DNA of 64,000 nt from an uncultured Candidatus Cloacimonadota bacterium. GTDB lineage: Bacteria; Cloacimonadota; Cloacimonadia; Cloacimonadales; Cloacimonadaceae. The notes under the pieces were generated by a model. That model searched no databases. It was not told the DNA's origin and saw only the letters and a program-made list of their open reading frames with translations. Below, piece after piece: positions 61,003-64,000 of this stretch. The first letter of the stretch is position 1, and each line of letters starts with the position of its first letter. The DNA is taken from the NCBI GenBank assembly GCA_964429035.1, contig CAYSAT010000002.1, positions 26,626 through 90,625 on the forward strand, in the 5' to 3' direction. The translations under genes were made by a program, and so were the position numbers.

Positions 61003-64000
61003 TTATTTCATGAGCAGCATCTTGCGCGTGGAGTTGTATCCGCTGGTCTCCAGGCGGTAGAAATAGACACCCGAAGCCACATTGCGGCCCGCTCTGTCCT
61101 TTCCGTCCCAAACCAGGCTGTGCGATCCGGAAAGCAGTGACTGATGGGCAAGCTGCTTCACCAGCTGTCCGCGGATGTTATAGATGCTTAGATCCACATT
61201 CCCGGACTTGGCCAGATCGAAGGAAATGGTGGTGCTGGGATTGAAGGGGTTGGGGTAGTTGCTCTTAAGTTTGGTCACCAATCCCGGCGCGGCATCCTCT
61301 TCGCCGGAAACATAGGGGAAGGTAAAGGCCAGGGTATCGGAAGGGCTGCCTTCGGTGTTGAGGAAGACGGCACAGATCAGATACTTGTAGTTTCCTTCCA
61401 GCACGATGTTTTCGTTGAAGGTGGTGCCGGTGGTTTCCTGGATCATGGTGAAGGGGCCGGTGTCGAACTTCTTGTACACGTGGTAGCTCATCACTGGCAG
61501 CACCGGATCGTAGGGCGGGCTCCAGGTCAGGGTCACCAATCCGGTGGGATTGTCCACCGTGAAGCTGGCGCCTTCCGGTTTGGGCAGGTTGATGAGGGTG
61601 AAATCGGCCAGGTGGATGGGATCGGCTGGCGAAACGGCGACGTTGTTTACCGTTGACGACTGGTGATATTGCAGGGACGCCGTGGCGGAAAAAGTCCCAT
61701 TGGGCAAATAGAGCCGGTAGGAGCCGTCGGCAGCCGGTTGCGTGGCGAAGTAGTTGTTGGCCATCACCAGGGCTTGCGTGGCGGGCGTCGAAGAGGTGGG
61801 GATCACCGTTCCGTGAATGTAGCCGGTCTTCTGGTTAACGTTGCTGAGCTCGAAGTTGTCGATGAACCAGCCGATGTTGGTGGTGCCGCCGTCGGAGCCC
61901 ATGCGGAAACGGAGCATGACCTGCTGTCCGGTATAGGCAGCCAGGTTCACGGTTACGGTTTCCCAGCTGCCGATGCTTCCGGTGTAGCCAGGCTGGCCGT
62001 TCAAACCGCTGAGGCTGCCGTAGGGATAGCCGCCCGTCGGAGTCAACACAGTCCAGGTGTTGCCGTTGTCCGTCGAAATCCCGATGTTGCCGCCGTCGTA
62101 GCCATTCTCGAAACCGTATCTGTGCCTGAAAGTGAGCGTGCTGCCCGGTTCCAGGTTATACAACGGCGTTACCAGGTGATAGGTAACCAGGTCCGGATAA
62201 TTGCCGGAGAGGTTGGTGGCCCAGAGTTTCGTGCCGGAATAGGGCGTCACCTGAGTAGGCGTACCCCAGGTCCAGCCGGTCTCGGAGTAGAAGTTGCCGT
62301 TGTTGGTTTCGAAATCGTTGAAGATGTTGGCCATGTTGTAGGGGATCATGAGGTTCGTATTCACGGGCGTCCCATTGGCCATGGAAACGTTGAACTGGAA
62401 GGGGACGTAGTTACCTACGCCGGCGGTTCCGATGAACTGCAATTCGTACACGAACTGCATCACCGCGTTGGCCTCGATCGCATCCAGCATGATGATCGGC
62501 TCGGCGATCATTACGTCCGCACTGGAAGTGCTGAGCGTGGCCAGAACATTGCGGGCCTGGACATCGGCATGGTTGTTCAGGTTAACGATCAGTTTCACGG
62601 TTTCCAGGGGGTCGATGATCCCGTTGTAGTTGGTATCCGCGTCATTGATCAGGAAGGAGTTGTATTCCATCACCGAAGCGTCCACGCGGATGCTGAAGGG
62701 ACGCGACCAGAGATAATCGCCAGACACCACTTCCAATACGAAATTGACCACGGTGCCGTTGGGGCAGGTAGGAGACACGGTGAAGATGAAGGGGGTGCGG
62801 TTGACGCCAAACGCGTCTCCGGCCAGCGGAAAATACTGCGAGACCGCGTTGACGATCGTGATGTTGGGGTCGTCGGTGGAAAGGGTGGCTACGATTCCGG
62901 TGGCCACCATGTTGCCGATGTTTTGCAGTTGGATGCCCAGTTCGACCGTTTCGCCTGGTTCGCAGACGTGGTTGCCGTTGGGATCGTTGACATAGGTTTC
63001 GCCCAGGATCACGTGGGCTTCCTCGTGATAGATGGGCACGTTGGTGATGTAGATGGCGCGCGAGTTGCCCAATTGCGCTGCAGCTGTGGGATACTGGTTG
63101 TTGAAGGTGTATTCCAGGCCCACCATTCCGCTGTGGTCCTCGATGCCGATGGTGGCGAAACAGCCGTGGTTGCTGGTGCTGGCGGAAGCGGAAACGTTGT
63201 TGAAGGTGTGGTACTGGATCTTGATCGGCCCGTCACCCAAGGATGTGGAATGCACCGACTGGTCGTAGAGGATGATCTGGAAGGTTTCGGGGCTGGTGCC
63301 GTTGTAGCCGTTCTTGAGGTTGTACCATTCGATCACGAAAGCGTGGTTGTTGCGGTCAAACCAGGAATAGATTCCGCTGCCGGTGGTCGTGCCCAGGTCA
63401 TCCCAGAACGCGGCGATCATGGGATTGGGACCCATGGGGCCGGGAATGCGGTAGTTGCGGAATTCGGCGTTGGAGGTGGCGCCAAAGGCGATGAAGCCGT
63501 TGGAGCACACGGTGATCTGGTTGTACATGATGCCGTAGAACTGGAAGGGGAAAGGCAGGTCGATAGTTTCCAGGGCGTCGGCGCCAACCTGGTCGCCTTC
63601 GTCGCCGCTGGAATAGGCGTCGGTGATCGTCAGGGGCGTTCCCACACCGCCTTCAGCCGGCGCGATGCCCACCCAGTCGTAAACCGGGCATTCGGCATAA
63701 GCGGTGTCCTGATCGTCGTAGATCACGTATCCATAGGCGTCCGGACCCACGGGATCGTTGACTGTGACCACACCGACCGTGAGCGTGAAATCCAGCCACT
63801 GGACGAATCCGGCGTCGTTGTAAAGTTTGAGTTGCATGGGGATCAGCATCCCGGGCAGCAGCATCGGCCTGCCGAATAGCTCAAAAGCGTCGGCGGACGG
63901 AGTCACCTGCACGTTTTGCAGCAGGTCTCCGTAATAGGCCGTGTTGTCGGTGATCGAGACCAGGTCGTTGAGGCTGTAGAGGCGGCCATAGACGTTGCTT
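61003..64000 (-). CDS. Very large secreted surface protein with T9SS type-A C-terminal sorting domain (5' end beyond window)
   Basis: The track ORF starts at GTG 63912, but the same frame stays open to position 64000 (...SNVYGRLYSLNDLVSITDNTAYYGDLLQN-VQVTPSAD), so the gene is truncated by the window. The C-terminus is NYPNPFNPSTTISFDL..GNVDLSIYNIRGQLVKQL...SGVYFYRLETSGYNSTRKMLLMK. An internal jelly-roll-like segment (GWTWGTP...GISTDNGNTW...MLRFRMGSDGGTTNIGWFIDNFEL) resembles MAM/choice-of-anchor-type domains. Confidence 0.75.
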   Translation of the reverse strand, partial: SNVYGRLYSLNDLVSITDNTAYYGDLLQNVQVTPSADAFELFGRPMLLPGMLIPMQLKLYNDAGFVQWLDFTLTVGVVTVNDPVGPDAYGYVIYDDQDTAYAECPVYDWVGIAPAEGGVGTPLTITDAYSSGDEGDQVGADALETIDLPFPFQFYGIMYNQITVCSNGFIAFGATSNAEFRNYRIPGPMGPNPMIAAFWDDLGTTTGSGIYSWFDRNNHAFVIEWYNLKNGYNGTSPETFQIILYDQSVHSTSLGDGPIKIQYHTFNNVSASASTSNHGCFATIGIEDHSGMVGLEYTFNNQYPTAAAQLGNSRAIYITNVPIYHEEAHVILGETYVNDPNGNHVCEPGETVELGIQLQNIGNMVATGIVATLSTDDPNITIVNAVSQYFPLAGDAFGVNRTPFIFTVSPTCPNGTVVNFVLEVVSGDYLWSRPFSIRVDASVMEYNSFLINDADTNYNGIIDPLETVKLIVNLNNHADVQARNVLATLSTSSADVMIAEPIIMLDAIEANAVMQFVYELQFIGTAGVGNYVPFQFNVSMANGTPVNTNLMIPYNMANIFNDFETNNGNFYSETGWTWGTPTQVTPYSGTKLWATNLSGNYPDLVTYHLVTPLYNLEPGSTLTFRHRYGFENGYDGGNIGISTDNGNTWTVLTPTGGYPYGSLSGLNGQPGYTGSIGSWETVTVNLAAYTGQQVMLRFRMGSDGGTTNIGWFIDNFELSNVNQKTGYIHGTVIPTSSTPATQALVMANNYFATQPAADGSYRLYLPNGTFSATASLQYHQSSTVNNVAVSPADPIHLADFTLINLPKPEGASFTVDNPTGLVTLTWSPPYDPVLPVMSYHVYKKFDTGPFTMIQETTGTTFNENIVLEGNYKYLICAVFLNTEGSPSDTLAFTFPYVSGEEDAAPGLVTKLKSNYPNPFNPSTTISFDLAKSGNVDLSIYNIRGQLVKQLAHQSLLSGSHSLVWDGKDRAGRNVASGVYFYRLETSGYNSTRKMLLMK

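Noticed and set aside
61663-63879. 738-aa plus-strand ORF
   Set aside because: It is antisense to the T9SS surface-protein gene. The translation is V/G/D/A/H-rich low complexity without a start context, whereas the minus-strand frame has a recognisable C-terminal sorting domain and a terminator.

Overview
Bacterial chromosomal window. The lineage is inference only: an FCB-group or Cloacimonadota-like uncultivated diderm, judged from T9SS-type C-terminal sorting domains, AGGAG ribosome-binding sites and a CCA-encoding tRNA. Positions 1-44.2 kb form one almost gap-free, entirely minus-strand surface-glycan super-locus of about 46 genes. It contains GT2, GT4 and CgeB-like glycosyltransferases, a Wzx flippase, a Wzy-like polymerase and two DegT-type aminotransferases. 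It also has a dTDP-deoxysugar module (RmlA, NDP-hexose 2,3-dehydratase, Gfo/Idh/MocA reductase), four left-handed-beta-helix acyltransferases, a PIG-L deacetylase, and CapA, ATP-grasp and AsnB-like proteins. The unusual part is the amount of carrier-protein chemistry. There are four ACP-like carrier proteins, two adenylate-forming ligases and two MBOAT plus DltD-like export pairs (Dlt-like modules). There is also an 11-gene acyl-assembly cassette in which four KASIII-like proteins form two active/catalytically-dead pairs, together with three SDR reductases. Positions 44.3-64 kb are GC-richer core genome. Here archaeal-type gatD and gatE are split by a GxxExxY (PD-(D/E)XK-like) gene cassette flanked by CACGAAT tandem arrays that carry a perfect sigma70-consensus promoter. 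The rest of this region holds an RNase II-family gene, tRNA-Arg(CCT), asd plus an M20 amidohydrolase, a WecA-like/GT4 operon and two T9SS-cargo surface proteins. It also includes an ~870-bp non-coding stretch packed with palindromic repeat elements. No rRNA, CRISPR array, transposase or integrase gene was seen. All functional calls rest on motif recognition by eye in the translations; no database search was possible.
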